Shown here piece by piece: positions 10,083 through 20,801 of a DNA stretch of 64,000 nt. The DNA is from a virus. Lineage: Duplodnaviria > Caudoviricetes. The DNA lies in the IMG/VR virus record IMGVR_UViG_3300042350_003801; one strand, 5' to 3'. The notes under the pieces were generated by a model, which was not told the origin of the DNA, ran no database searches, and was given only the letters and a program-made list of their open reading frames with translations. The position numbers and the translations under genes are program-made. Positions within the stretch are counted from its first letter, which is position 1. Every line of letters starts with the position of its first letter.

Positions 10083-10490
10083 TTACCATTCATCTTCCGG
10101 TAATTTATTCTTTATATCATATAGGTCATCATCAATATTTTTGATTTTACATTCAATATCCTGAAGACGACCAAATAGATTTTTTAAAAACAGTTCCATT
10201 CCAGACTTTTCATACTCGTCATCTTTTAGGAAAGTTTCTATTTGGTTGCCCGGTATTCCATTAAACATTTGGCTTGCAAAATTCCACGAGTTAACATTTC
10301 CAAGAAATTCCTCGTGCAACCGAAAATCTTTAAAATCCTCTCTAATCATACTAAAACCATAGGCAGAGGGAACATCGGTATAACCCATTTTCATTCCGTG
10401 TTTTCCATACTCGGGAAGATAAGGAAAAGTTTTTTCCCATTTGGCCTTACCCTTTTTCGTTAATCCATTTGGTTCTAAAAATACTAACAT
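10083..10490 (-). CDS. hypothetical protein
   Basis: ORF track. Confidence 0.55.
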   Translation of the reverse strand: MLVFLEPNGLTKKGKAKWEKTFPYLPEYGKHGMKMGYTDVPSAYGFSMIREDFKDFRLHEEFLGNVNSWNFASQMFNGIPGNQIETFLKDDEYEKSGMELFLKNLFGRLQDIECKIKNIDDDLYDIKNKLPEDEW

Positions 10491-10539
10491 TGTTTTAGTT
10501 CTTTAACTATTATGAGTATACCACACCATCTTGATTTTG

Positions 10540-11340
10540 TCAAGCCCCCTGTGCCACTTGTCCAGATGGCTCGGCAATGCGCCCGTGATAAGGATTAAAA
10601 TCTGTGATTTGTTCAAGAGAAACCTGTGCTCCCATTTGAGACCAGAAATTAAAAATGCCATCATAAGAATTGCGATGAAATAACTCTAAATGGTCACTAT
10701 GTATTGATGAGCCCATATCCAACTTATATAAGAAAAGCGGGCAGGCATACGTCATACCAGCATTATAGATTAGGTCATCTGCGGTTGCTCTTGGTTTTAC
10801 TCCATTGTCTAATTTATATTTGTCATCCCTAATGTGTAGGTCAATAAGTTTTTTTGCATACCTGCGTGTAATGATATAACAGGCAGTGGAAAAACTGTTG
10901 ACGAATCTTGTATGAATTGGAACACTGATATCACCGGTTGAGATAATTGCAAGTTGAATACAATCCCAGGCATAAGGAACTCTGCCAATAAAATCAGCAA
11001 AAGTGAAGTTCCAGAAGCGAGCAATGCTAATGTCTACATCATCTTCCATAAAAAGAGCATAAGGAGACTCAGAAGTTTCATACCACTCCTTGATTGCTTT
11101 TAGATGACTACAAGTGCAACCGATTTCACCACTTGTCATATTCTCTGGATAGGTTCCTCTTAAGATTTCACTAAGATCAGATACTCTCCCATCATATGCA
11201 GAGATTCTTGTGTAGTTTTCAATTTCCCAATAAGAGAACTGCTCCTCCATATATTTACGACGGTTTTCCTGATCATCTAGATTAATATAATAGATTGAAG
11301 GAAGATTCTTTAGTTTATATGCTGATTTGTTGGTGTCCAT
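10540..11340 (-). CDS. glycosyltransferase family 25 (LPS biosynthesis-like)
   Basis: YYINLD...RR, GEIGCTCSH, FMEDD motifs. Confidence 0.85.
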   Translation of the reverse strand: MDTNKSAYKLKNLPSIYYINLDDQENRRKYMEEQFSYWEIENYTRISAYDGRVSDLSEILRGTYPENMTSGEIGCTCSHLKAIKEWYETSESPYALFMEDDVDISIARFWNFTFADFIGRVPYAWDCIQLAIISTGDISVPIHTRFVNSFSTACYIITRRYAKKLIDLHIRDDKYKLDNGVKPRATADDLIYNAGMTYACPLFLYKLDMGSSIHSDHLELFHRNSYDGIFNFWSQMGAQVSLEQITDFNPYHGRIAEPSGQVAQGA

Positions 11341-11348
11341 AATTAAAA

Positions 11349-12101
11349 TTATTGAAGAATATCATCCAAAATATACAATAAAAGATTTGTCTTATTTCCA
11401 TCTTTTACAATATAAAATGTGTCCCAGTTGCAGGCATTTCTAGAATGTAAAAATTTACCATCAAAATGAAGTTCAAAATTATAGCCCAATGTGACACTCT
11501 GATCGGTTAAATCAATGTCCTTGTATGCTTCTGGATATGTTACTCCAGTATTTTTAAATTTTATGTTCTCGTCTCTTAAGATTGTATATGTTCCACCACC
11601 ACTATCAACTTTTTGCCCTTCCACTTCCCCACATTTCCAATTTATTTCATCAAAAGAACTAGTCTTAAATGCAACAAGACCTGGCCAAATGTATTTAACG
11701 TGTTCCCGCTCTTGTAGCAGCCCGAGAATATCGTAACCATTCAACTCTTCAACAAGATTCAAGTCTTCGGTAAGGAAAATATCGTGATCTAAAAATAAAA
11801 CAATCTTATCGTCTAGCCGTTTAACTACACTATCATAAGTCCACTGAAGGACTTCTGAATGATATTGTGATGATTGTAGCCCATTTGGAGATTGGCGGGT
11901 GCGATAGTATAAAGTAAGTTCTTGATACTTTTCACTTATCTTTTTGCAGACAGTTTCAAACTCATTTACCAAACTACCATTTCTAGTGTCGTGAATGACA
12001 TTTAAGTTAAAATCATTTAAAAGAAATTTTTTAAGACAATCTACTTGCAGTTCCAGTAAATCTGGCCTATTAAATGCAAACGTAAATATTTCTATTTTCA
12101 T
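11349..12101 (-). CDS. putative glycosyltransferase (GT-A fold)
   Basis: TFAFNRPD start and FLDHD (DxD); lies in the sugar cluster. Confidence 0.6.
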   Translation of the reverse strand: MKIEIFTFAFNRPDLLELQVDCLKKFLLNDFNLNVIHDTRNGSLVNEFETVCKKISEKYQELTLYYRTRQSPNGLQSSQYHSEVLQWTYDSVVKRLDDKIVLFLDHDIFLTEDLNLVEELNGYDILGLLQEREHVKYIWPGLVAFKTSSFDEINWKCGEVEGQKVDSGGGTYTILRDENIKFKNTGVTYPEAYKDIDLTDQSVTLGYNFELHFDGKFLHSRNACNWDTFYIVKDGNKTNLLLYILDDILQ

Positions 12102-12988
12102 AATTGCCCCCTAATCCACTCAATTACACTGACCTTTGGCTCCCATTCTAAAATGCCTTTGATCTTATCAATATTTGCTCTAGAATGAATAACTTCACCA
12201 ATACGTTCGGGTAAATTAATTTGATTCAAAGAGATAAGATTCGCAATAAATTCAATGGATGTGCCTAGCCCAGTTCCCACATTAAAAACCTCACCATACT
12301 TATATAAGTTTTTTTGGCTCGCAATAATGTTTGCAGATACCACATCAGAAACGTGAACGAAATCCCGTGTTTGATAACCTTCGCCAATAAGAGTAAGAGG
12401 TTCATTATTATTTTTCTGCCTTAGAAAAATTCCCAAAACTGGAGCATAACTTCCAACAAGAGGCTGCCTCTCGCCATAAACATTAAAGTACCGGAAGATA
12501 ACTGTTTTCACCCCGTAAAGGTTGTAATACATCTGGCAAAGTTGTTCACCAGAATATTTTGAGATAGAGTAAGTATTCAAACAATCAATAGGATTAGTTT
12601 CTACACTAGGTAGAAACAGACTATTACCATAAACCGCAGAAGTAGAAGAAAATACTACTCTTTTAATGCCATATTTTCTTGATGCCTCTAGGACATTTAA
12701 AGTAGAAATAACATTATTCTGCATCGTTTCTCGGGGATGCTCTACACAGTATGGAATGGAAATCTCTGAGGCAAGATGAAATACATAATCCGCCCCTTCA
12801 AATAGCCATTCGCTACTATAATCAGATAAGTCTCTCTTATAATAAAGAGCATCATCATTAAAGAAGTATTCAGTTCTCGTTGAAGATGTCTGACTGTCAA
12901 TGACAATAACTTCGTGTCCAAATTCAATAAGTTTATCTACAATATGGGATCCAATAAAACCACAACCACCCGTTACAATACTTTTCAT
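12098..12988 (-). CDS. NAD-dependent nucleotide-sugar epimerase/dehydratase
   Basis: TGGCGFIG, YSISK (YxxxK), RYFNVYG, RDFVHVSDV. Confidence 0.9.
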   Translation of the reverse strand: MKSIVTGGCGFIGSHIVDKLIEFGHEVIVIDSQTSSTRTEYFFNDDALYYKRDLSDYSSEWLFEGADYVFHLASEISIPYCVEHPRETMQNNVISTLNVLEASRKYGIKRVVFSSTSAVYGNSLFLPSVETNPIDCLNTYSISKYSGEQLCQMYYNLYGVKTVIFRYFNVYGERQPLVGSYAPVLGIFLRQKNNNEPLTLIGEGYQTRDFVHVSDVVSANIIASQKNLYKYGEVFNVGTGLGTSIEFIANLISLNQINLPERIGEVIHSRANIDKIKGILEWEPKVSVIEWIRGQL

Positions 12989-13743
12989 ACAATTCTCGCT
13001 GGAACAAAATAACCGGGAATGCCATTAACATCCCGTCTACTTATTAGCGGTCTGAGTGGCGATTTAAACTCTTCATTCAACTTATAGAAGTTCGCATCAT
13101 CAATTAGGATCTGCCGAAAAAAAGACTCTGCATCAGCGGCATCTATTGAGTTCTCTGACAGTTTGCCGGTTGTTACTGCCGACCATTCATATTGCCTGAA
13201 CAATGGTTCGTCCAGTGCATAAACATCAAAGTATTTTTGATTTTCGGCAAAACCAATGTCAAGATGATTATTTACTTCGTAACCGTGATGATATGCAATC
13301 CGTGAGCACATTTGAGTATATTCTTCACTAAGATATAGAATTGCGTGGGTTGCTAGCATATTGTAGACCCTTACACAATTTGCATTAGATTTAGATTTAG
13401 ATGTATGAACATATGGCCCAGAATGATTCAGATATCTGCCCCAATGCGAAATACCAAGATACACAGCATCTGCGGTATTTGGATATTCTATTACACCATT
13501 GAACTCTTTATTTAAGGAACAGTCATCTTCTAGAATAATTGCTGGACCACTAAGAGAAGAGAGAATCTTATGATGTGACCGGGCACAACCAACAATTCTA
13601 CCAGCCTCGTGCTTAATAGCAGAAACGCGGGTTACATCTTTAAACCCCATTTCGCCAAGAAGTTTTTCAGTTCTTTCCTTCTTTTCTACTTCTTCATCCA
13701 GATTAATATAATAAACTGGAATTTTTTTTAAATCGCGTTTCAT
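12985..13743 (-). CDS. GT25-like glycosyltransferase
   Basis: YYINLD, GCARSH, ILEDD; paralog of 15142-15885. Confidence 0.75.
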   Translation of the reverse strand: MKRDLKKIPVYYINLDEEVEKKERTEKLLGEMGFKDVTRVSAIKHEAGRIVGCARSHHKILSSLSGPAIILEDDCSLNKEFNGVIEYPNTADAVYLGISHWGRYLNHSGPYVHTSKSKSNANCVRVYNMLATHAILYLSEEYTQMCSRIAYHHGYEVNNHLDIGFAENQKYFDVYALDEPLFRQYEWSAVTTGKLSENSIDAADAESFFRQILIDDANFYKLNEEFKSPLRPLISRRDVNGIPGYFVPARIV

Positions 13744-14468
13744 TGCCGAACTTCATTATGATTCTTCTGCAATGCCATAATCTTTGGAGGGAATGGAACT
13801 CTCCAGCCGTATGGGTAATATTTAGTTGGAGCCCCATTCTCATCTGCACCTTCTGGAAAGCAATAAGATGGATTAAGTTCAAGAGTTGGGGGATTATCAA
13901 TAAGATAACGATTCATATGAGATTCATCGTGCCATTCTGCAATGATACCACTATCAAAATCTCTATTAATATTTTCAACAATTGTCTCAGCCATACTCAA
14001 AAAGTTCACTGGGGTTCCTCCATTAAATCCTCCAGCATAGTATTTTCTTCCCGCACCATATGGAACATATGCGGTGCTCTGAGGCCGCCTTTCGTAGGTA
14101 AAAGAATCTAATGTCCCATTCCACATTCCAGGATGTTGGGTGGCAACAAGATCCCCAAAAATTTCTTCCCCGACTTTATCTACAATCATCATATCAACAT
14201 CAAGATAAAAACAATAGTCATATTTTTGAATATGTTCCTTTTCTTGAAGAAAATAATGATACCTCTTAAGAGTTGGCATTGGCCAAGGCTCGTGTTGAAT
14301 TTGTGAAACCTTAATTCGTTCAGATTCCACTTCAAGCTCTTGATTAGTAAACACTAGAGCATCAACCATATGACCATTTAAAAAATTTTCATCAATAGAG
14401 TCTAGCAAAGGATTGATGAACCTAATGTAGTGGTTCGTTGCCACATTTAAAATACAAATTTTTTTCAT
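13740..14468 (-). CDS. glycosyltransferase family 6 (alpha-1,3-Gal/GalNAc transferase-like)
   Basis: VATNHY, LDVD, YYAGGFNGG, WHDESHMNRY motifs. Confidence 0.9.
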   Translation of the reverse strand: MKKICILNVATNHYIRFINPLLDSIDENFLNGHMVDALVFTNQELEVESERIKVSQIQHEPWPMPTLKRYHYFLQEKEHIQKYDYCFYLDVDMMIVDKVGEEIFGDLVATQHPGMWNGTLDSFTYERRPQSTAYVPYGAGRKYYAGGFNGGTPVNFLSMAETIVENINRDFDSGIIAEWHDESHMNRYLIDNPPTLELNPSYCFPEGADENGAPTKYYPYGWRVPFPPKIMALQKNHNEVRQ

Positions 14469-15142
14469 TGCTTCTCCCTATAAAATTCATCTGCTACAAA
14501 AACGGTGTTATGAATATCGCTATAAATTTCTACATATTTTTTTGATTTAATAAATTCTCTTAGTTCCCTTATTTCTAGAATTAGATCTGGATATTTTTGA
14601 AACGAGGGATGTTCATCTTCTAATTCAACAATTAGCATTTTGGGTCGCCACTCATCAATATCAAATGTCTTAAAGATTTCAGACTCTTTTCCTTCTACAT
14701 CTACAACAAGAATATCAAAGTTTTTGGGAACCTCTAACCTATTCATCAAAGTGTCCAAACGCATTTGGTCACACATTACTTCATCAAACTGAATATGGGC
14801 AGACCAGTCAATTTCCTTATATCTATCAACTTGTTCAGGATTTAGGGTTGAAAGGGTTTGCCCCCTATACATTTTAATTTCACCCTCTTCTAGACCAATA
14901 GCAACGTTAGCAACTGTAACGTCATTCAGTTCGTGTCGCTTTAGGCATTTTAAATAATATTCATAAACGGGCTCAATATACAGTCCATTCCACCCAATAT
15001 CAGCTAAAAAAGATGTATTTGAAACAAACTCCCCATCATAGGCACCAACTTCAACAAAGAAGCCTTTTGTTGGATAACCGAAATATTTTTGGTAAATTTC
15101 ATTGAGAGTTTTAACTTGACAATCTGGAGTTATATTATACAT
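14465..15142 (-). CDS. FkbM-family methyltransferase
   Basis: FVEVGAYDG, IEP, VDVEGKE. Confidence 0.85.
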   Translation of the reverse strand: MYNITPDCQVKTLNEIYQKYFGYPTKGFFVEVGAYDGEFVSNTSFLADIGWNGLYIEPVYEYYLKCLKRHELNDVTVANVAIGLEEGEIKMYRGQTLSTLNPEQVDRYKEIDWSAHIQFDEVMCDQMRLDTLMNRLEVPKNFDILVVDVEGKESEIFKTFDIDEWRPKMLIVELEDEHPSFQKYPDLILEIRELREFIKSKKYVEIYSDIHNTVFVADEFYREKQ

Positions 15143-15885
15143 TATTTCAGAGGATAAGGATAAAACTGAAGTGAATTAATTTCCATACATTCAGTGTGAT
15201 TAACAGAGGTTATGGATCTATTTGTGGCATTTTCATTGCTACTCTGAGCAAACAATGGGTCGTTAAAGGCATAAACATTAAAGTATCTTTGCACTTCAGC
15301 GAAGGCAACATCGTTATAATTTTCTATAACATAACCAGTATGATATGCTATCCTTTTTATCAGTCTGGTGTATTCTTTACTTAGGTATAGAATGGAATGA
15401 GTCGCCAACATATTGTAAACCCGGAGCAACCCTGGATAATTGTCCACATAATCATATTGAATAAATTCTCCGTTGTGTCCATTCATTCTTCCCCAGGTTG
15501 AATTACCCAGATATATTGCATCGGCATCATCTGGAACATTAATTATTCCACCGTTCCAGTTTTTTTCAATTAAGAACGCATCATCTTCTAGTAAAATAAA
15601 TGGGACTTTTTCGGGGTTCAACGAGTGATAATGTGCCCTAGAACATCCTGCTACGGGATTTTCGGGGTAAATTGACCCATCTAACCGTTGAACGTTTTTA
15701 AAATTTAAACCGGTCAATAGAGTTTCTATCTTTTCTCTTTTGCTTGTGTGTTGCGGCAAATTAATATAATATGTTTGCAATTCAGTTAAATCAATTTGCA
15801 TTTTTACCGTAAATAATATGAACAGTGTGTGGAGGTCTAATTTCTGTTTCAAACGTAATAGAAAAGTCTTTGGAGGCCATTTCAA
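15142..15885 (-). CDS. GT25-like glycosyltransferase (start probably MQIDL)
   Basis: YYINLP, GCSRAH, LLEDD, RVYNMLATH shared with 12985-13743. Confidence 0.75.
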   Translation of the reverse strand: MKWPPKTFLLRLKQKLDLHTLFILFTVKMQIDLTELQTYYINLPQHTSKREKIETLLTGLNFKNVQRLDGSIYPENPVAGCSRAHYHSLNPEKVPFILLEDDAFLIEKNWNGGIINVPDDADAIYLGNSTWGRMNGHNGEFIQYDYVDNYPGLLRVYNMLATHSILYLSKEYTRLIKRIAYHTGYVIENYNDVAFAEVQRYFNVYAFNDPLFAQSSNENATNRSITSVNHTECMEINSLQFYPYPLK

Positions 15886-16573
15886 TAAATGCCTGAGAGT
15901 TTAAATTATTTTCAGTAAAATTATTATAGACGATATAGAAATTTTTAGCAGTTTTAATGAAGGAGTCATAATAAAGTTCTTGATATTCTCTAGAACATTC
16001 AGAGAAAGCATAGTTACTAATAACCAAATCTAAGTTATTATTTTCTACGACTTCACTTGTTGAGATGTGCTTGATTTTAGTTTTAAGGGACTTGAACTTA
16101 TTCAAGTATTTTTTTGATAACCCATTTACTTCTGGGAAGTCTACTAGATGATAAGTATCAAACCTATTAAAAGAACTGAATACTTTACATAAGCCACCAT
16201 ATCCACCACCAATTTCTAAAACATTCCTAAAAGGCATCTCTGAGCCAAAATATGAAATGATATCAAGACTATTCTTAATATATCTAACAGTTGTTGGTGA
16301 AATAACACCGAGTTCGGGGTGATTAAATAGTAAAGGCGAACCATATGCGTCGTTTTCCTTTACTGAGTTTATAAGAGCTTCAGTAAGAATTTCTTTAGAT
16401 TTCATTTCCGAAAAATAAAGATTAGCATCGGTCTCTGTTAAATGTTCAAGAACTGGTGTATATCTTGAATCTACCTTAAAAACATTAAACAAATCATCAT
16501 TTTCTACAAATTCATTACAAGCCTGCAAATAATTGTCAATCATAGACTGATTGACATCCCAAAGTTTATTCAT
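15791..16573 (-). CDS. putative sugar O-methyltransferase
   Basis: VLEIGGGYGGL SAM motif, VDFPEV, ISNYAFSEC. Confidence 0.75.
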   Translation of the reverse strand: MNKLWDVNQSMIDNYLQACNEFVENDDLFNVFKVDSRYTPVLEHLTETDANLYFSEMKSKEILTEALINSVKENDAYGSPLLFNHPELGVISPTTVRYIKNSLDIISYFGSEMPFRNVLEIGGGYGGLCKVFSSFNRFDTYHLVDFPEVNGLSKKYLNKFKSLKTKIKHISTSEVVENNNLDLVISNYAFSECSREYQELYYDSFIKTAKNFYIVYNNFTENNLNSQAFIEMASKDFSITFETEIRPPHTVHIIYGKNAN

Positions 16574-16579
16574 TCCGTT

Positions 16580-17368
16580 TTATATTGTCTTCCAGGACTC
16601 CCTATATATTCCGGTTGAATCTGCTTCCAGCATAGACTTTCCGAACCACAGTTTAGGTGCAACAGTCTTTTTGCTATTTGCCAAATAACTTCCCCACCAC
16701 GAAAAAGAAGAGTTGCAGATAATATGATAAGAACACATACTCTGCAGACATAAATCAACCGCTGTTGTATTATTTTCCGAAATCAAAAATCTATCAACCC
16801 CAAAGAGTTCCTGTTCATAGCACCATTGATGGTCATCCGAAAATACAATAACAGGTAAAGAAGAGTCAAAATGCTTCAAGGCATCTTCATAATAAGACAT
16901 TGGCTGAAGAGGGTGGTTAGGATTATTAACATAGTCACACCTTCGGATGTGTAAAGAGATGTATTCTTCATTGCCTAGAAGATTTCTACAAAGACCTTGA
17001 ATTTCTTCAGAGAACGTAAAGTCTTTTCTAATTTCCTCTTCAATATGTTTGAAGTAGTTCTCGTTTTGAAAGTAGCCAAGAAGATTGGTATTATCTGGGC
17101 AATTGTCAAACAGATTTTGGTCAAAGTTAAATGTTGACTCAGTAACCGTTTGATAATCAGTGATACTATATTTTACTCCGCTAAATTGAAAAGTGTTGTA
17201 AATATTGGCATCAGAGTGTCTGACGTTTAAATCAGTTTGTCCTGCAACATTTGGAGATGGAATACAAAAGTCAAATCCTCTATTTCTTGCAATACCCCTA
17301 AGAGATGCATACTGAAACATCTGATTGCCGAGTCTTCCAAGATTTGCTAAATTGTTAAATGAAATCAT
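16580..17368 (-). CDS. alpha-1,2-fucosyltransferase (GT11)
   Basis: GRLGNQMFQYA, GYFQ, HIRRCDY, FSDD, NSSFSWW. Confidence 0.9.
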   Translation of the reverse strand: MISFNNLANLGRLGNQMFQYASLRGIARNRGFDFCIPSPNVAGQTDLNVRHSDANIYNTFQFSGVKYSITDYQTVTESTFNFDQNLFDNCPDNTNLLGYFQNENYFKHIEEEIRKDFTFSEEIQGLCRNLLGNEEYISLHIRRCDYVNNPNHPLQPMSYYEDALKHFDSSLPVIVFSDDHQWCYEQELFGVDRFLISENNTTAVDLCLQSMCSYHIICNSSFSWWGSYLANSKKTVAPKLWFGKSMLEADSTGIYRESWKTI

Positions 17369-17808
17369 AAGTCGTTAAAAAGAGGAACAAACAATAAGTC
17401 CTTACCATCGTCCAAAAGCGTGTGCATACAAATTAATTCATAAGTTGCATCACTGGCGGCATCCCTGGCGGCAAACCCGGCGGTGTCCCTGGCGGCATCA
17501 CTGGCGGCATCACTGGCCGCCCGCCAGGCGGCCGTGGCGGCAGCATCAGCGTCAGCTCCGGCGGCATCCCAGGCGGCATCCCAGGCGGCATTCCAGGCGG
17601 CATCCCTGGCGGCAACCCTGGCGGCAAGGGCTAGGGCACGGTAACGGCGAGCAACTTCATTCCATTGGTGTCTCGTAAGACCGTCCATATACAACCAGAA
17701 ATTCAGGACGGTTTCGTAGTTTGGTCCTAAAAAGTCTTGTGGATTTGTTGGGGCTTCAAGGTTTTGAAGGCGGTTGGAGAACTTTTGATGGGCTTTTGAG
17801 TGATTCAT
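17365..17808 (-). CDS. Ala-rich repeat protein, paralog 2
   Basis: same termini as paralog 1; about 14 repeat units. Confidence 0.85.
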   Translation of the reverse strand: MNHSKAHQKFSNRLQNLEAPTNPQDFLGPNYETVLNFWLYMDGLTRHQWNEVARRYRALALAARVAARDAAWNAAWDAAWDAAGADADAAATAAWRAASDAASDAARDTAGFAARDAASDATYELICMHTLLDDGKDLLFVPLFNDL

Positions 17809-17809
17809 T

Positions 17810-18472
17810 TTACAGAATAAAGTTGCAAAAGTTTGGTCCCTTCAATAATTGCGAAAAACTCCCAATTAAAACTGCATCCCACATTTTTAGTTGGATAAAA
17901 GAAGGAAACATTATGATGCCGCCAATAAACTTAATACCGAGACCAATTTTTACGTCACAATATAGAAGTATACAATAACCAACTATGAGAAGTAAATTAC
18001 CAAACCACCGCAATTTAGTCATTTTTCAAATATGCTGGTTGCCCAGTCAATAGTTTGGCATATTCCTGATCTTCCATTGCATAAGAGCATTGAATGCTAT
18101 TATCAAACAGGACTGAATCTTTCCAGGTTTTAAAGCGAGGATGCCTGATTTGAAGTCTATAATCTGGCATACCATTATGGAAGATGGTTCCCTTAATCAC
18201 AAAGCGAAACTCTTTTGTTTCAAGTAATACTTCAGGTTGAGTTGCCATCAGACCATCACCTCAATTCCGAGTTCTTCTGAAATAAGATTGAGAATCATAA
18301 TATAGTCAGCTTCCACTTCACCGTAAAATGAGACATTCTGATCTTCGTAAAACTTCACAATCTTTTTCCAGAGTTTTGGTTTATCAATAGGAAGAATAAC
18401 TTCTCGGTCAAGGGCTCGCTGGAGAGTATATTTTTCCTTGCGAAACTTTTCGGCAAAAGTTTGTTCAGACAT
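17810..18472 (-). CDS. three small hypothetical ORFs (17810-18022 membrane protein, 18015-18248, 18248-18472)
   Basis: ORF track; overlapping junctions. Confidence 0.55.
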
Positions 18473-18583
18473 ATGTGGCTAGTTTTTATCTTTGGTAAAG
18501 GACAGATGAGATTTCTCTCGGTTTTAGTATAGGGTTTATTGCCCGTTTTGTCAGGCATTAGTGGACGGTTGTGATAGTGTCCA

Positions 18584-18671
18584 TACCAGCCGAGGGTATT
18601 GAACCCTCCCAAAGGCCGTAATCTGCGGCAAAGGTATTATAAGCACCCTCTGAACACCTGTTCTGACTGGC
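18584..18671 (-). tRNA. atypical tRNA, anticodon UAU (nominally Ile), with a long variable arm
   Basis: acceptor GCCAGTC/GGCTGGT; T-arm GAGGG-TTCAATA-CCCTC; loop CT-TAT-AA; variable stem GCCG/CGGC. Confidence 0.7.
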
Positions 18672-18927
18672 TTAAAAATCAACAACCGTCGTTATGCGCT
18701 CTAAGATAGTTAAAAACGACACTATCTTCTTTTTCGTGTGATTGGCTATAAAACGTATAATTGTAATCCGATTCTTCTTTAAATGAAATTAACCGACCAT
18801 TTTTAACTTCAGTGTTTTTCATCATCATTCACTACTATCATTATCCCAAGTATCGGGACCACTATCAATGAAAAACACAAAAGAAAAATAAAGACTTGGG
18901 TTTCCATTAGTCTTACAATAAGTTCTT

Positions 18928-19548
18928 TCATAAGTATTCGGGTGGGTCATATGGTTCCTGGAACATTTCTCGGGAGCGCATTTTTATTGCTCTTTGAGTT
19001 ATTGCATCTATAGAGGAATCTTCAACAAATCTGATTGCTAAAAGAAGTTCCCCTTCTTGTATTGTATTTAGTTCGGGATGACTGCTACTCTTAAATGGAA
19101 TCCAACTTGAACTAAAAATCATTTTTTGTTGAAGAACATCTCCATTGGGTCTATTCCGGTTTTTAAAATTGCACAAGCTCTTTTATAAAACTGACAATCT
19201 GTTTTTCCAGATTCTTCTAAAACGTCTTTAATCTTTTGCCAGTTTTGGCGGGTATGGTCATCCATTTGATTAGTGCATTGAGTTAATTTTATCTTCATAT
19301 TCTTGAAAAATATTCATTTCCCAATAATCAAACTCCTCGTGAATTTTATATACTGCATCCTTGTATGCTTTTTCAGTAAGACAACCAGGATTTTGATAGA
19401 GGACTTTCAGTTGTTCAAGAGCATTTTGAAGGCCTTGAATATATTCAAAACGATATTTGCGGTCATTATATTGCTCTAAGGTCTCGGTTACCCCATCTGG
19501 GTATTGAAACGTTTCTGTTTGAGAATTAAATGTAATTTGGTCAGTCAT
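18928..19548 (-). CDS. hypothetical ORFs (18928-19176, 19270-19548)
   Basis: ORF track. Confidence 0.45.
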
Positions 19549-20024
19549 AAGTCGTTAAAAAGAGGAACAAACAATAAGTCCTTACCATCGTCCAAAAGCG
19601 TGTGCATACCCATTAGTTCATAAGTGGCATACCCGGCGGCATTCCAGGCGGCATTCCTGGCGGCATTCCTGGCGGCATTCCAGGCGGCATACCCGGCGGC
19701 AGACATGGCGGCAGACATGGCGGCAGCCCCGGCGGCAGACCCGGCGGCAGACCTGGCGGCATCGTCTAGGGCATGATAACGGCGGGCAACTTCATTCCAT
19801 TGGTTCTCGGTAAGACCATCAATAAACCACCAGAAGTTAATGACGGTTTCGTAGTTTGGTCCTAGAAAATTCTGTGGATTTGTTAGGGCTTCAGGGTTTT
19901 GAAGGCCGTTGGAGAAGTTTTGATGTGCTTTAGAATAATGCATCTCTCGCTTTGTTTCATTGTATAAACAATAGCACAAACCGCGAGCATTGGGCGAAAC
20001 AGTGGACGGTTTTGAAACTGTCAC
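19545..20024 (-). CDS. Ala-rich repeat protein, paralog 3 (true start probably MHYSKAH near 19943)
   Basis: same termini as the other paralogs; 11 repeat units. Confidence 0.85.
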   Translation of the reverse strand: MTVSKPSTVSPNARGLCYCLYNETKREMHYSKAHQNFSNGLQNPEALTNPQNFLGPNYETVINFWWFIDGLTENQWNEVARRYHALDDAARSAAGSAAGAAAMSAAMSAAGYAAWNAARNAARNAAWNAAGYATYELMGMHTLLDDGKDLLFVPLFNDL

Positions 20025-20278
20025 CGCTCCTCAAACGCTATTCTACGAACACCACGCTTTTTTCTTTCTTCCTGCCACATTAAATCAGAAGAAGACAGGA
20101 CACTCGCGGGCTTCTTATAGGAAGGGCTACCAGAAATAATAACAACTTGAGAAAGGTCAACCGCAGATACAGAATCTCCACGAATGGTTGCCATATTTGA
20201 ACATTTACATACTGAAGATTGGCCGGGTTTTGCAAGAACTTCAGTATTACAGGCAAGGCACCGAATTTTTAACATCAT
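20021..20278 (-). CDS. small Cys-containing hypothetical protein
   Basis: CLAC and CKC motifs. Confidence 0.6.
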   Translation of the reverse strand: MMLKIRCLACNTEVLAKPGQSSVCKCSNMATIRGDSVSAVDLSQVVIISGSPSYKKPASVLSSSDLMWQEERKKRGVRRIAFEER

Positions 20279-20331
20279 AAATCACTGAATAACGGTGATG
20301 CTATTTAGTTCTAAAACTACGGAGCAGAAAA

Positions 20332-20775
20332 TTATTGGAGATAAGACCTCAACTTATAAACATTCTTACCGTGGGATTCCATCAAATCCTGCGAAAGATT
20401 TGCAGTTGCATAACTTCTTTGCTTTTCCGCTTCTTCGGAAATGTCCGTGAGCATCTCAATAAGACGCTCATTATCAGCAAGTAGTTGTTCTACCATTCCC
20501 CCTGCATCAATCTCTTGATTGGCATTGGCTGGGCCTTCAATAGCAGAAACCTCAACAATTCGCTCAAGTCGTGAAACCGGGCGAATGTTGAGGTAGCGCA
20601 TATGCTCACTGAGCCTATCAATCTCATCAAACATTTCAGTATATTGGTCACCAAAGAGTTCGTGCAACTGAGGAAAATCAGTTCCAACGACATTATGATG
20701 GTAGTTCCAGGTTTTCTGGAATAGAACAAACAATGTGGCTTGGGTGTCACTCAATAGTTTGAATAATTTTTCCAT
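20332..20775 (-). CDS. dps: Dps / ferritin-like DNA-protection protein
   Basis: YHHNVVGTDFPQLHELF and DRLSEHMR ferroxidase-site pattern. Confidence 0.85.
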   Translation of the reverse strand: MEKLFKLLSDTQATLFVLFQKTWNYHHNVVGTDFPQLHELFGDQYTEMFDEIDRLSEHMRYLNIRPVSRLERIVEVSAIEGPANANQEIDAGGMVEQLLADNERLIEMLTDISEEAEKQRSYATANLSQDLMESHGKNVYKLRSYLQ

Positions 20776-20801
20776 TATAGTCTTTTTGACTATTTAGGAA
20801 A

